Of a DNA stretch of 64,000 bases, positions 18,879 through 30,280 are shown one piece after another (the stretch's first letter is position 1; each line of letters begins with the position of its first letter). The stretch is from an uncultured Actinomycetes bacterium (lineage in GTDB: Bacteria; Actinomycetota; Thermoleophilia; Gaiellales; Gaiellaceae), in the NCBI GenBank assembly GCA_963716605.1, contig CAVQTO010000002.1:418165-482164 (forward strand), written 5' to 3'. The notes under the pieces are model-generated. The model saw nothing but the letters and a program-made list of their open reading frames with translations, searched no databases and was not told the origin of the DNA. The translations under genes and the position numbers were made by a program.

Positions 18879-19006
18879 AGTGGTTGCTCCAGCGACGGCG
18901 GTGCCCTTCGACCGCGCGAAAACCGAGCAGGCCAAGGACTGAGGACGCCGGCATGCGACGGTTTGCAGCCGGACGAAGGGTGCCAGTTGTTGCTGGAGTA
19001 ACCACT
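18879..19006 (-). repeat. 15-bp inverted repeat (14/15) enclosing the 127-nt nuoK-nuoL spacer
   Basis: Plus-strand AGTGGTTGCTCCAGC at 18879-18893 versus GCTGGAGTAACCACT at 18992-19006. Internal complementary GGTGCCCTTCG / CGAAGGGTGCC. The arms abut the nuoL ATG and cover the nuoK stop. Confidence 0.6.
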
Positions 19007-19313
19007 ATCCGCGGAGCACGCTCGCCTCGTCGACGTCGAGCGCCAGGCCCCGCCGCGCCATCGCGACGATGAGCCCGAGCCCGATCGCGACCTCGGACGC
19101 CGCGACGGCCATCACCGCGAGCGCGAAGATCTGGCCGTCGAGCGAGCCCTGCTGCCTGGCGAACGCGATCAGCGTGAGATTCGCCGCGTTCAGCATGATC
19201 TCGAGCGAGAGGAGCACGATGAGCGGGCTCCGCCTGAGCATCACGCCGAGCGCGCCCGTGCCGAAGAGCAGCGCCGCGACGATCAGGTACCAGCCGACTC
19301 CCGGTCCGTCCAC
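19005..19313 (-). CDS. nuoK: NADH-quinone oxidoreductase subunit K
   Basis: Last 102 residues of ORF 19005..19814 from GTG 19313: VDGPGVGWYLIVAALLFGTGALGVMLRRSPLIVLLSLEIMLNAANLTLIAFAR. Confidence 0.9.
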   Translation of the reverse strand: MDGPGVGWYLIVAALLFGTGALGVMLRRSPLIVLLSLEIMLNAANLTLIAFARQQGSLDGQIFALAVMAVAASEVAIGLGLIVAMARRGLALDVDEASVLRG

Positions 19314-19840
19314 TACTCGGCCCTCTTCTCGCGCGTCGTCCCGAGCACGACGCCGCCGACCGCCGCGATGAGCAGGACGATCGACGTGATCTCGAACGCG
19401 AGCAGGTGGTCGGTCAAGAAGAGCTCGCCGATCTCGCCGGGGCTTCCGAACGAGTCGGAGACCTGCGCGGGGTCGCTCAGGTTGTCGCCCCACGCGAGCC
19501 CGAGCACGACGACGATCTCGACGAGCAGCGCGACCGCCGCGATCACCGCGGCGGCACGGAGCAGCGGCGGGCCTCCCGCCCACGGCGCGTCCGCGCGTCC
19601 TCCGAGGTACGCGACCACGAACAGGAACATGACCATGACCGCGCCCGCGTACACGAGCACCTGCGCTGCAGCGAGGAACTCGGCGGCGAGCAGCAGGTAC
19701 AGCACCGCGAGCGAGGCGAGGTTCCCGATCAGCGAGAGCGCGGAGGTGAACGGGTTCGTGGACGAGACGACCGCGACGCCGCTCGCGAGGCACGCGCCCG
19801 CGGCCACGAACCACACGACCCAGACGACGACGTTGCCCAC
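19313..19840 (-). CDS. nuoJ: NADH-quinone oxidoreductase subunit J
   Basis: C-terminal 175 residues of ORF 19313..20179 from GTG 19840: VGNVVVWVVWFVAAGACLASGVAVVSSTNPFTSALSLIGNL...QVLVYAGAVMVMFLFVV. Confidence 0.85.
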   Translation of the reverse strand: MGNVVVWVVWFVAAGACLASGVAVVSSTNPFTSALSLIGNLASLAVLYLLLAAEFLAAAQVLVYAGAVMVMFLFVVAYLGGRADAPWAGGPPLLRAAAVIAAVALLVEIVVVLGLAWGDNLSDPAQVSDSFGSPGEIGELFLTDHLLAFEITSIVLLIAAVGGVVLGTTREKRAE

Positions 19841-19842
19841 GG

Positions 19843-20340
19843 CTACGAGCTCGTCTTGTAGGAGGGCTCGGGCGTGTCGTACTGCCTCGGGTCGGCCACG
19901 GGCACCTGCTTGATCGGCTCGGCGAGGAGCATGTCCTTCGTGTAGATGAGGTCGTCGCGCGAGTACTCCGCGAGCTCGAACTCGTTGCCGAGGGTGATCG
20001 CGTCGAACGGGCACGCGAGCTCGCAGTAGCCGCAGAAGATGCAGCGGCTCATGTTGATCTCGTAGATCCGCGCGTAGCGCTCGCCCGGCGAGACGCGGTA
20101 CTCGGCGGTGTTCTCGGCCGCCACGACCCGGATGCAGTCGGCCGGGCACGCGGCCGCGCAGAGCGAGCAGCCCACGCACTTCTCCATCCCGTTCTCGTGC
20201 CGCCAGAGCCGGTGCCGCCCGCGGAAGCGCGGGTACACGGGCCGCTTGTACTCGGGGTACTCCTGCGTGATGGGCCGGCGGAAGATCTGCCTGAAGGTGA
20301 CCGCGAAGCCCCTGAAGCTGTCGAGCGGCTGCGGGCTCAC
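19843..20340 (-). CDS. nuoI: NADH-quinone oxidoreductase subunit I (2x[4Fe-4S] ferredoxin)
   Basis: C-terminal 165 residues of ORF 19843..21324 from GTG 20340. Contains CVGCSLCAAACP and CIFCGYCELACP. GTGA overlap with nuoH. Confidence 0.9.
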   Translation of the reverse strand: MSPQPLDSFRGFAVTFRQIFRRPITQEYPEYKRPVYPRFRGRHRLWRHENGMEKCVGCSLCAAACPADCIRVVAAENTAEYRVSPGERYARIYEINMSRCIFCGYCELACPFDAITLGNEFELAEYSRDDLIYTKDMLLAEPIKQVPVADPRQYDTPEPSYKTSS

Positions 20341-21335
20341 AGCGCCACCACCAGGACGGCCGTGACGACCGCGTTGATCGTCGCCACCGGCAGCAGCACC
20401 TTCCAGCCGAAGCGCATGAGCTGGTCGTAGCGCAGGCGCGGGAGCGTCGTCCGGATCCAGATGAAGACGTACAGGAGGAGCGCGAGCTTGAGGAGGAACC
20501 AGATGGGCGCGAGCCAGCTCGGGCCGTCCCAGCCGGGGCCGTGCCAGCCGGCGAAGAAGAGCGTCACGCACAGGCCCGAGAGCGTGATCAGGTTGATGTA
20601 CTCGCTCATCGAGTAGAGCCCGAAGCGCATTCCGCCGTACTCCGTGTGGTAGCCCGCGACGAGCTCCTGCTCGGCCTCGGGGAGGTCGAACGGCGCGCGC
20701 GACGTCTCGGCGGTGCCGGCGAAGAGGAAGACGATGAGCCCGACGAACTGCGGCGCCGCATACCACCAGGTGCCGTCCTGGGCGGCGACGATCTCGGTCA
20801 GCGAGAGGGTCTCGGCCATGATCACGACGCCGAGCACGGAGAGCGCGAGCGACACCTCGTAGGAGACGAGCTGCGCGCATGTGCGCATGGAGCCGAGGAG
20901 CGCGTACTTCGAGTCCGACGCCCAGCCTCCGACGATGAACCCGTACACGCCGATCGAGCCGACGGCGAAGATCAGGATCAGGGCGATGTCGAGGTCCGCG
21001 ACCTGGCCCGGGATGTAGACCCCCGCGACCTCCCAGCCTGGACCGAACGGGATCACCGAGAACGTCGTCAGCGCCGTGAAGGCGGCGAGGAACGGGCCGA
21101 GCAGGTACAGCCCGTCGACTGCCGCCGCCGGTTGGAAGGTCTCCTTGTGCAGGAGCTTCAGCAGGTCCGCGATCGGCTGCATCAGCCCGTACGGCCCCGC
21201 CCGGTTCGGCCCGTAGCGAAGCTGCATGCGCCCCATGACCTTCCGCTCCGCGAGTGTGAGGTAGGCGAACGTGACCATGACGAGGTTGATGACCACGAAC
21301 GCCTGGATCACGCTGACGTACCACTCGACTTCCAT
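20337..21335 (-). CDS. nuoH: NADH-quinone oxidoreductase subunit H
   Basis: Intact 332-aa ORF: LAERKVMGRMQLRYGPNR...ETSRAPFDLPEAEQELVAGYHTEY. Confidence 0.92.
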   Translation of the reverse strand: MEVEWYVSVIQAFVVINLVMVTFAYLTLAERKVMGRMQLRYGPNRAGPYGLMQPIADLLKLLHKETFQPAAAVDGLYLLGPFLAAFTALTTFSVIPFGPGWEVAGVYIPGQVADLDIALILIFAVGSIGVYGFIVGGWASDSKYALLGSMRTCAQLVSYEVSLALSVLGVVIMAETLSLTEIVAAQDGTWWYAAPQFVGLIVFLFAGTAETSRAPFDLPEAEQELVAGYHTEYGGMRFGLYSMSEYINLITLSGLCVTLFFAGWHGPGWDGPSWLAPIWFLLKLALLLYVFIWIRTTLPRLRYDQLMRFGWKVLLPVATINAVVTAVLVVAL

Positions 21336-23561
21336 CAGGCCTTCACCACCTCGACGGTCGCGTGCAGCCCACCGGCGTGGTTCTCGGCCACGCGCGCGAC
21401 TCCCGTAACGAGCCTCCGGTTGACGCGTGCGCGGAGCTCGACGGACGTCCCGTTCGAGCGCACGACGACAGCGTCTCCGGACCCGATCCCGCGCCGCGAA
21501 GCATCTTCTTGCGACAGCTCGACCTCGGGTGCGGCGCGCAGGAACTGGAGCTCCGGGACGCGCGCGACCGCGGGCCCGGAGAGGAGCGGCCGGTAGCGGT
21601 GGAGCTTGAGCTCGCCGACGAAGCGCTCGTCTGCCGGCGCGGTCAGCGGCACCGGCTCGGGGGTGGTCGCGGGCTCCGGGGCGACATAGGGATGACGCGT
21701 GGGAAGCGGCGCGTCGACGCCGACGCTTTTCAACGACAGATCCGCGTAGAGCATCGTGGACAGCTCACCGAACGCGAGCGCTGCCTGCGGGGGCACGGCG
21801 ACGTCGAAGCGGGCCGCGAGCTTCGAGATCCAGGCGAGCTCGTCAGGGCAGGGTGGCGGCACCGCGCGCCGAAGCCGCTGGAGGCGGCCCTCGAGGTTCA
21901 CGGACGTGCCGTCGCGCTCGAGCGCTCCGGTCGCGGGCAGGATCAGGTCGGCCCAGCCGCCGGCGAGCTCGTGGAACATCGTGATCACGAGCACGCGCTC
22001 GGACTCCTCCGCGAGCGCTCGCACGCTCGGGTCGGCCGCGGCCTCGTCGCCCGAGACGACCAGCAGCGAGATCGGCTCCGGGCTCGCCTCGTCGGCGTCG
22101 GCCGCGACCGACCAGGCGGCGGCGACCCCGTTCGCGTTCGGCGTGGCCGGCAGGTTGAACGCGCCGCAGCCGGGCTTCCCCTCGAAGCCGAGCGCGTGCG
22201 CGAGCTCCGCGACCCGCGCGCCTCCGCCTCCGCCCGGGCCGGACCAGACGAGCACGGCCCGGTCCGACTCGCGCAGGCGCTTGCCGAGCTTGTTGCCGGG
22301 CTCCGCCAGCTCTCGACAGAACGCCGCCGCGCCGCCGGGATCGACCTGCGGCGAGCCCGTGGGCGAGCAGCTGATGACCTCCGCGCCTCGCCGCCGCGCC
22401 TCGCGAATCCAGAGCTCCACGATCGGAGCCCGTTCCACGACGGGGTCGTCTCCGACGACGACCACGAGCTCGGCGTCGGCGATCGCGGACAGCGGGAGCG
22501 TGAACGCCTGGAGCGCCGAGGAGGTCGCCTCGGGCAGGACCGCGGAGTGCGCGCCCAGTCCGCCGCGCAGGAGCCGCCCGAGCCCGTACGCGATCTCGTT
22601 CGTCTCCGAGCCCGAGAGCGCGGTGACGATCCCGCCCTTCGCCTCGCGCAGCATCTCCTCGGCCGCGTCGAGCGCGTCGTCCCAGGACACCTCGTCGAGC
22701 CCTCTCGGCCCTCGGCGTAGCGGCGTCCTGATCCGGTCGCCGGCTCGCAGGTGCGGATACGTGAAGCGGCCCTTGTCGCAGAGCCAGCCGCGGTCGACCT
22801 CGGGATGGTTACGCGAGACGATCCGCTTCACCTTGCCCTCGCGGATCGTCGCGGCGACGTTGCAGCCGACCGCGCAGCCGGTGCAGACCGTGGGGACGTT
22901 CTGGATCTCCCACGGCCGCGCCTCGAAGCGGTACAGGCTCGAGGTCAGCGCGCCGACGGGACAGAGCTCGATGACGTTCCCGGAGAAGACGGACGCGTAC
23001 GGCTCGTCCTCGAAGGTCGCGATCTCCGTGCGCGCGCCGCGGTTCCGCGCGATCAGGAGGCCGTCCTCGGCGACCTCCTCGGAGAAGCGCGTGCAGCGGT
23101 AGCAGAGGATGCAGCGCTCGCGGTCGAGCGCGATCAGCGGCGAGACCGGGATCGGCTTGTCGAAGGTCAGCTTCGGGAAGGTCATGCGCGTCGCCCCGGG
23201 CCCGTAGCGGAAGGTGAGGTCCTGGAGCGGGCACTCGCCGCCCTTGTCGCAGACCGGGCAGTCGAGCGGGTGGTTGACGAGGATGAACTCGAGCGTCGCC
23301 TCCTGGCCGTCGGCGGCCTTCGCGGAGGTGGCGGCGGTGCGGACGACCATCCCCTCGGAAGCCGTCAGCGTGCAGCCGGCCTGGAGCTTCGGCATCCCTT
23401 CGATCTCGACGAGGCACATGCGGCACGCGCCGATCGGCGGGCCGAGCCGGGGCTCGTAGCAGAAGACCGGGATCTCGACTCCCGCCGCGAGCGCGGCTTC
23501 CACCAACCCGGTTCCCGGCGGCACGGCGACGGCGCGGTCGTCGACCGTCAGCGAGACGAGC

Positions 23562-23569
<8 letters not shown>
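21335..23569 (-). CDS. nuoG: NADH-quinone oxidoreductase subunit G
   Basis: 744 residues from ATG 23569 within ORF 21335..24421. [16 protein letters not shown]..., 2Fe-2S and 4Fe-4S cysteine motifs ([35 protein letters not shown]), molybdopterin-like domain. Confidence 0.92.
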
Positions 23570-24872
<1,303 letters not shown>

Positions 24873-24880
<8 letters not shown>

Positions 24881-25346
24881 GCGAGCCACGAGCTCCTCGA
24901 CGACAGCCGGCGACGTCTGCCGGACGAACAGGCTCGTGGTAGACGTGGTCGATCGACGACCACGGGCGCGCGCCCGCAGCCGCCCGCGCACTCGATCGCG
25001 CGCAGCGTCACCTCGCCGTCGTCTGTCGTCCCGCCCGGTGCGCACGCCGAGCTCGTCCGCGAACGCGTCGAGCACGGCCTGGGCGCCGGCGAGCGCGCAG
25101 GAGAGGTTCGTGCACACCTCGACCATGTGCTTCCCGACCGGCTCCAGGTGGTACATGTCGTAGAAGGACGCGATCGAGTGGCAGATACGCGGGCGTCTCG
25201 TCGAGCGCGTCGGCGACCTCGCGCAGCGCCTCCGGCGAGAGCCAGCCGTGCTGCTCCTGCGCGAGCCGGAGCGCGTCCATCACGACGGAGCGCCGGCGCG
25301 GGTACCGCTTCTCGAGCTTCCGCACCTCGGCGTGGAGATCGGTCAT
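24873..25346 (-). pseudogene. nuoE: NADH-quinone oxidoreductase subunit E, 2-3 frameshifts as assembled
   Basis: MTDLHAEVRKLEKRYPRRRSVVMDALRLAQEQHGWLSPEALREVADALDETPAYL / MYHLEPVGKHMVEVCTNLSCALAGAQAVLDAFADELGV / MTLRAIECAGGCGRAPVVV / IDHVYHEPVRPADVAG. ATGA overlap with the nuoD stop. The 3' end (TAG 24873-24875 versus a fused reading) is uncertain. Confidence 0.8.
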
Positions 25347-26612
25347 CGGTCCGCGTCTCCCATGACGGGATCGAGCGAGCCGGCGATGGCGATCAGGTCG
25401 GCGATCAGGCAGCCCTGGACGGTCGTCGCCGTCGCCTGCAGCGCCGCGAGGCTCGGCGCGCGGAACTTCACCCGCCACGGCCGAGGGCCGCCGTCCGAGA
25501 CGAGGTAGCACCCGTTCTCCCCGCGCGGCGACTCGATCACGACGTAGACCTCGCCCTCGGGCACGACGTACCCCTCGGTGACGATCTTGAAGTGGTGGAT
25601 CAGCGACTCCATCGACGTGTGCAGCTCGTGCCGCGGCGGGAGGACGACCTTGCGGTCGTCGACGACCCATGGCTCCCCTTCGGTCTCGTCGATCCTGTCG
25701 AGGCACTGCCGGACGATGCGCACCGACTGGCGCATCTCGTCCATGTGCACCTTGTAGCGGTCGTAGACGTCGCCGTTCGGGTAGACGGGCACGTCGAAGT
25801 CGACCTGGTCGTAGAAGAGGTACGGCGTCGGCCTTGCGCAGGTCCCAGTCGACGCCCGAGGCGCGCAGCATCGGCCCCGACTGGCCGAGCGCGAGCGCGT
25901 CGTCGGCGGACAGCAGCCCGATGCCCTTCGTCCGTTCGAGCCAGATCGCGTTCCGGTCGAGGATCGCCTCGTACTCGTCGACCGAGCGCTCCATCCGCGG
26001 GAGGAACTTCCGTGCCTCGGCGGTGAAGCCGGGCGGGACGTCCTCCGCGAGCCCGCCGACCTGGAAGTAGCGCGTGTGCATCCGCGTGCCGCCGACCATC
26101 TCGAACAGGTCGAGGATCTCGTCGCGGTCGTCGAACGTGTACCAGAGGAGCGAGATCGCCCCCAGCTCGAGTGCGGAGGTCCCGAGCCAGATGAGGTGCG
26201 AGTGGATGCGGTTGAGCTCGGTGAGCGCCATCCGCGCCCAGGTCGCGCGGCGCGGAACCTCGAGCCCGAGCAGCTTCTCGACCGCGAGCACGTACACGAG
26301 CTCGTTCGCCTGGAACGAGACGTAGTCGACGCGCGGCGCGTACGTGACCGACTTCCACCACGTCTTCGCCTCCATGTTCTTCTCGAAGCCGGTGTGCAGG
26401 TAGCCGATGACCGCGCGGATCCCGGCGACCGTCTCGCCGTCGAGGTCGACGATCAGCCGCAGCACGCCGTGCGTCGACGGGTGGTTCGGCCCGAAGTTGA
26501 TCGTGAGGATGTCCTCGAGGTCGTGCTTGTCGGGATCGACCTCGAGGATCGTCGGCACCGGGCTCGGGATGCGCGTGCCCTCGTAGATGCGGCGGGTCGG
26601 GACGACGGCCAT
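25343..26612 (-). pseudogene. nuoD: NADH-quinone oxidoreductase subunit D, one frameshift as assembled
   Basis: [12 protein letters not shown]...[16 protein letters not shown]...[11 protein letters not shown]...[13 protein letters not shown] (frame of 25008..27167), then [33 protein letters not shown]...GENGCYLVSDG..RPWRVKFRAPS (ORF 25343..25792). The shift is near 25800. Confidence 0.88.
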
Positions 26613-26614
26613 CC

Positions 26615-27167
26615 TCACTCCTCGTCCGAGAACCGCACCGGCTCGCCGCCGAGCGGGTAGTCCTTCCGCAGCGGGATGACCCTCCCAGTCCTCGGGCATG
26701 AGGAGGCGGACGAGGTTCGGGTGGCCCTCGAAGGGGATGCCCATCATGTCCCAGGCCTCGCGCTCGAACCAGTCCGCCGCCGGCCAGGCCGGGAGGACGC
26801 TCGCGATCGGCTCGCCGTCGTCGAGCCAGACCTGGACGCGCACGCGAGCGGGCTCGTCGCCGACGCGGAGCAGGTGGTACGAGACCGAGAAGCGCTTGGG
26901 CTTCGGCTCCGGGAGGCGCGCGAGCCCCTGCGAGCCGGGCCGGTTGAGGTCGCGTCCGGACGCGGTCCCGATGTAGCCGGCGACGCCCTCGTCGCCCCAG
27001 CCGAGGTAGTCGGTGGGCGTGATGTCGCAGAGGACGTTGAAGCCGTGCTCGTCCCGCAGCGTCAGGCACGCGTCGAGCAGGCGCGCCGGGTCGACGACGA
27101 GCGTCGTCTCCCCGAGCGTCTCGCGCGTCTCGACGACGCCGGGGACGTTCGCGCGCATACTGCTCAC
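26615..27167 (-). pseudogene. nuoC: NADH-quinone oxidoreductase subunit C, one frameshift as assembled
   Basis: [26 protein letters not shown]...[32 protein letters not shown], then [18 protein letters not shown] and the stop in another frame. There is an extra c in catcccgctg near 26672. The TGA is 2 nt before the nuoD ATG. Confidence 0.85.
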
Positions 27168-27762
27168 TCGGCCACGCCCTCGGATCTCGTACGCGGGCGG
27201 CGACGCCGGCGCGGATCTTCTCGTGCAGACGGACGACGCCCTCGAGCAGCGCCTCCGGCCGCGGCGGGCAGCCGGGGACGTGGACGTCCACCGGGACGAT
27301 CTTGTCGACGCCCTGGAGGATCGTGTAGTTGTTGAACATCCCGCCGGAGCTCGCGCACGCGCCCATGGCGATGACCCACTTCGGCTCGAGCATCTGGTCG
27401 TAGACCTGGCGGATCGGCGGCGCCATCTTGTGCGTCACGCGACCCGAGACGATGAGCAGGTCCGCCTGGCGCGGCGACGAGCTGAAGCGCTCCATGCCGA
27501 AGCGCGCGATGTCGTAGCGCGACGTGACGACCGCGATCATCTCCATCGCGCAGCACGCGAGCCCGAACGTGTCCGGCCAGATGGAGTTCGACTGCGCCCA
27601 CGCGATCGCCTTCTCGATCGTCGTCAGGATGAGCGCGTCCTCGATCTCCGCGACTTCCTGCTCGAAGACGCCCGGCCCTCGGTCCGGCCAGAGGACGCGC
27701 TCGGACTGGAGGCCCGCCTTCGCGAGCGGCCGGTCGCTGACGACCGGGAGATCCTTCTTCAG
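27164..27762 (-). pseudogene. nuoB: NADH-quinone oxidoreductase subunit B, one 3'-proximal frameshift and a non-canonical CTG start
   Basis: The frame of ORF 25600..28179 reads [12 protein letters not shown]...[31 protein letters not shown]...[20 protein letters not shown]...[26 protein letters not shown]. The end switches to the frame stopping at 27164 ([10 protein letters not shown]), giving a GTGA overlap with nuoC. There is no in-frame ATG/GTG/TTG between CTG 27762 and the conserved CC motif. Confidence 0.82.
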
Positions 27763-28124
27763 CGCCAGTTGAGCGCCCCTTTCCGCCAGATGTACACGTA
27801 CGCGACCCCGAGGATCGCGATGAAGACGCCGAGCTCTCCGACGCCGAACCACCCGAGCGCCTCGAGCCGCACGGCGAGCGGATACAGGAAGACGATCTCG
27901 ATGTCGAAGAGGATGAAGAGGATCGCCGTGAGGTAGAAGCTGACGGTGAAGCGCCGCTCGTGGCTCGGCGCCTCGGCCGAGACGCCCGACTCGAAGGGCA
28001 GCATCTTCTGCCTCGTGCGCGCCACCGGGCGGCGTGGGAGGATGAAGGTCGCGAGGACGAGAGTTGCGGGGATCGCCGCCGCGAAGAGCGCGTAGATGAG
28101 AAACGGCAACCAGTTGTCGAGCAC
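27759..28124 (-). CDS. nuoA: NADH-quinone oxidoreductase subunit A
   Basis: Intact 121-aa ORF: PFESGV...[25 protein letters not shown]. Confidence 0.9.
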   Translation of the reverse strand: MLDNWLPFLIYALFAAAIPATLVLATFILPRRPVARTRQKMLPFESGVSAEAPSHERRFTVSFYLTAILFILFDIEIVFLYPLAVRLEALGWFGVGELGVFIAILGVAYVYIWRKGALNWR

Positions 28125-28235
28125 GGGTCGATACCCCCGGCGAGAGCTCGGTCCTCTGTCTCGCGTCGAAACCTAGCACCCTCCCTCGCGGCGCACGAAG
28201 GGATGCGAGTTTCCAGATGGAATGAGCGATACGAG

Positions 28236-28248
28236 TGTCACAAAGTCG
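28236..28248 (-). promoter_or_regulatory. copy of recurrent motif CGACTTTGTGACA in the nuoA/erpA divergent region
   Basis: The plus strand reads TGTCACAAAGTCG. It is identical to the copy at 42500-42512 and near-identical to 42626-42653. It is AT-rich in a 70% GC background. Confidence 0.45.
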
Positions 28249-28274
28249 GGTCTGGAAGCGTCGACCCCGTCGGG

Positions 28275-28280
28275 TACCAT
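28275..28280 (+). promoter_or_regulatory. putative -10 box, leaderless erpA
   Basis: TACCAT, 6-nt spacer, GTG 28287. Confidence 0.5.
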
Positions 28281-28286
28281 GAGCTG

Positions 28287-28715
28287 GTGGCCACCATCGA
28301 GCACACTCTCGACACCCCTGGCGAGACCCTGATCGCGCTGACCCCGACCGCTGCTGCGAAGGTCCGGGAGCTCCTGGCCGAGGAGGGCGACGAGAAGCTC
28401 GTCCTGCGCGTCGCGATCCAGGGCGGCGGCTGCTCCGGGTTCCAGTACGGGCTCGGCTTCGACAACGTCGCCGAGGGCGACGTCCAGCTCGACCTCGAGG
28501 GCGTGCCGGTCGTCGTCGATCCCTTCAGCGCTCCCTACCTGCGCGGGACGACGATCGACTTCCTGAACTCGATCGAGGAGTCGGGCTTCAAGATCGACAA
28601 CCCGAACGCGACCGCCTCGTGCGGCTGCGGGCACTCCTTCACCGTCGCCGAGGGCGAGGAGCCCGGCGACGACGCCGCTGCGGCCGCCGGCTGCGGCTCC
28701 GGCTGCTCTCACTGA
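28287..28715 (+). CDS. erpA: A-type Fe-S cluster insertion protein (HesB/IscA/ErpA family) with Cys-rich C-terminal extension
   Basis: Frame of ORF 27960..28715 from GTG 28287. [13 protein letters not shown]...[20 protein letters not shown]...[14 protein letters not shown], then the extra tail [24 protein letters not shown]. Confidence 0.85.
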   Translation: MATIEHTLDTPGETLIALTPTAAAKVRELLAEEGDEKLVLRVAIQGGGCSGFQYGLGFDNVAEGDVQLDLEGVPVVVDPFSAPYLRGTTIDFLNSIEESGFKIDNPNATASCGCGHSFTVAEGEEPGDDAAAAAGCGSGCSH

Positions 28716-28736
28716 GCTGCGCTGAGTCGGAAGCTC

Positions 28737-28742
28737 TAGATT
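28737..28742 (+). promoter_or_regulatory. putative -10 box, leaderless fprA-like gene
   Basis: TAGATT, 7-nt spacer, ATG 28750. Confidence 0.5.
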
Positions 28743-28749
28743 GCGGCCG

Positions 28750-30119
28750 ATGTCGGGCCGTCCGCTGCGTGTCGCCGTCGTCGGCTCCGGCCCGGCTGCC
28801 TTCTACGCCGCCGGGCACCTGCTCGCGAGCGAGGATCCTCCGGCCGCGGTGGACATGATCGAGCGCCTGCCGACGCCGTGGGGGCTCGTCCGGCTCGGCG
28901 TCGCGCCCGATCATCCGCAGCTGAAGACGGTCTCGCGGGCGTTCGAGAAGATCGCCGCGCGCGAAGGGTTCCGGTTCCTCGGGAACGTCGAGGTCGGCCG
29001 CGACGTCTCGCATGAGGAGCTTGCGGCTCGCTACGACGCGGTGATCTACGCGGTGGGGTCCCAGACCGATCGCAGGCTCGGGATCCCCGGCGAGGACCTG
29101 CCCGGCTCGTGGGCGGCGACCGAGCTCGTCGCCTGGTACAACGGCCACCCGGACTTTCAGCAGCTGTCCTTCGAGCTCGCGGGAGTCGAGCGCGCGGTCG
29201 TCATCGGGAACGGGAACGTCGCGCTCGACGTCGCGCGGATGCTGGCGCTGACGGAGGAGGAGCTCGCGCCGACCGACACGACCGACCAGGCGATCGAGGC
29301 GATCGTCGGCTCCGGGATCCGCGAGATCGTCGTCCTCGGGCGGCGCGGGCCGGTGCAGGCGGCGTGGACGTCGACCGAGCTCGGGGAGATGGGCGACCTC
29401 GCGGGCGCGGACATCGTCGTCGATCCGGCCGAGCTCGTCCTCGATCCGGCGAGCGAGGCCGAGCTGGCGGCAGCGTCGAACCTCGTCCAGCGCAACGTCG
29501 AGATCCTCCGCGAGTTCGCGACGCGCGAGCCGGAGGGGAAGCCGCGGAGCGTGCGGCTCCGGTTCCAGGCCTCGCCCGTCGCGATCCTCGGCGAGGAGCG
29601 GGTCGAAGGCGTCGAGATCGTGCGCAACCGGCTCGAGGCCGACTCGGGCGGGCCGCGTGCGGGCGGTCGCGACGGAGGAGCGCGAGGTGATCCCGTGCGA
29701 GATCGTCTTCCGCAGCGTCGGCTATCGCGGCGTGTCCCTTCCGGGCGTGCCCTTCGACGAGCGGAGCGGGACGATCCCGAATGCGACCGGCCGCGTCCTC
29801 GACGAGCACGGCGAGCCGGTTCCGGGCCTGTACGTCGCCGGCTGGATCAAGCGCGGGCCCACCGGCGTCATCGGCACGAACAAGAAGGACGCGGTCGAGA
29901 CGGTCGAGCTCCTGCTCGAGGATGCGCGGGAAGGGTTGCTGCCGGCGCCGGCAGGCCGCCCCGCTCGAGGAGCTCCTCGCCGAGCGCGGCGTCGAGGTCG
30001 TCATGTACGCGGGCTGGGAGTCGATCGACTCGGTCGAGCGCGCCGCGGGCGAGTCGCGTGGCCGCCCGCGGATCAAGCTCTGCACGTGGGACGAGCTGCT
30101 AGCCGCCGCACGCGGCTAG
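28750..30119 (+). pseudogene. FprA/adrenodoxin-reductase-type ferredoxin-NADP+ reductase, two frameshifts as assembled
   Basis: MSGRPLRVAVVGSGPAAFYAAGHLL...RLPTPWGLVRLGVAPDHP...AVVIGNGNVALDVARML (ORF 28741..30102) / [41 protein letters not shown]...[23 protein letters not shown] (29657..30289) / [52 protein letters not shown] (frame ending 30119). Shifts are near 29652 and 29960. Confidence 0.8.
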
Positions 30120-30149
30120 CCCTGTGCAGAACTCGTCACAGTCTTGTGG

Positions 30150-30176
30150 CCTTAACAGTGCCAGGCACTGTTAAGG
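30150..30176. repeat. perfect 13-bp-arm palindrome CCTTAACAGTGCC-a-GGCACTGTTAAGG
   Basis: Read directly. AT-rich island in the fprA-fumC intergenic region. Either an operator-like dyad or a hairpin. Confidence 0.8.
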
Positions 30177-30280
30177 CGCCGCCGCTTGAATGGACAGTGG
30201 TCGGCCTCCGATCGGCACAGCTCACAGCGCATCAGCCGAGCCGCCACCGTCTCGCCTGTGGACTGTTTGGCGCTGATTTG

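Noticed and set aside
15728-19072. 1114-aa plus-strand ORF, the longest in the track
   Set aside because: It is antisense to the strongly conserved nuoM and nuoL. Its translation is low-complexity Arg/Asp/Glu/His repeat with no motif. Long antisense ORFs are expected at 70% GC because stop codons are AT-rich.
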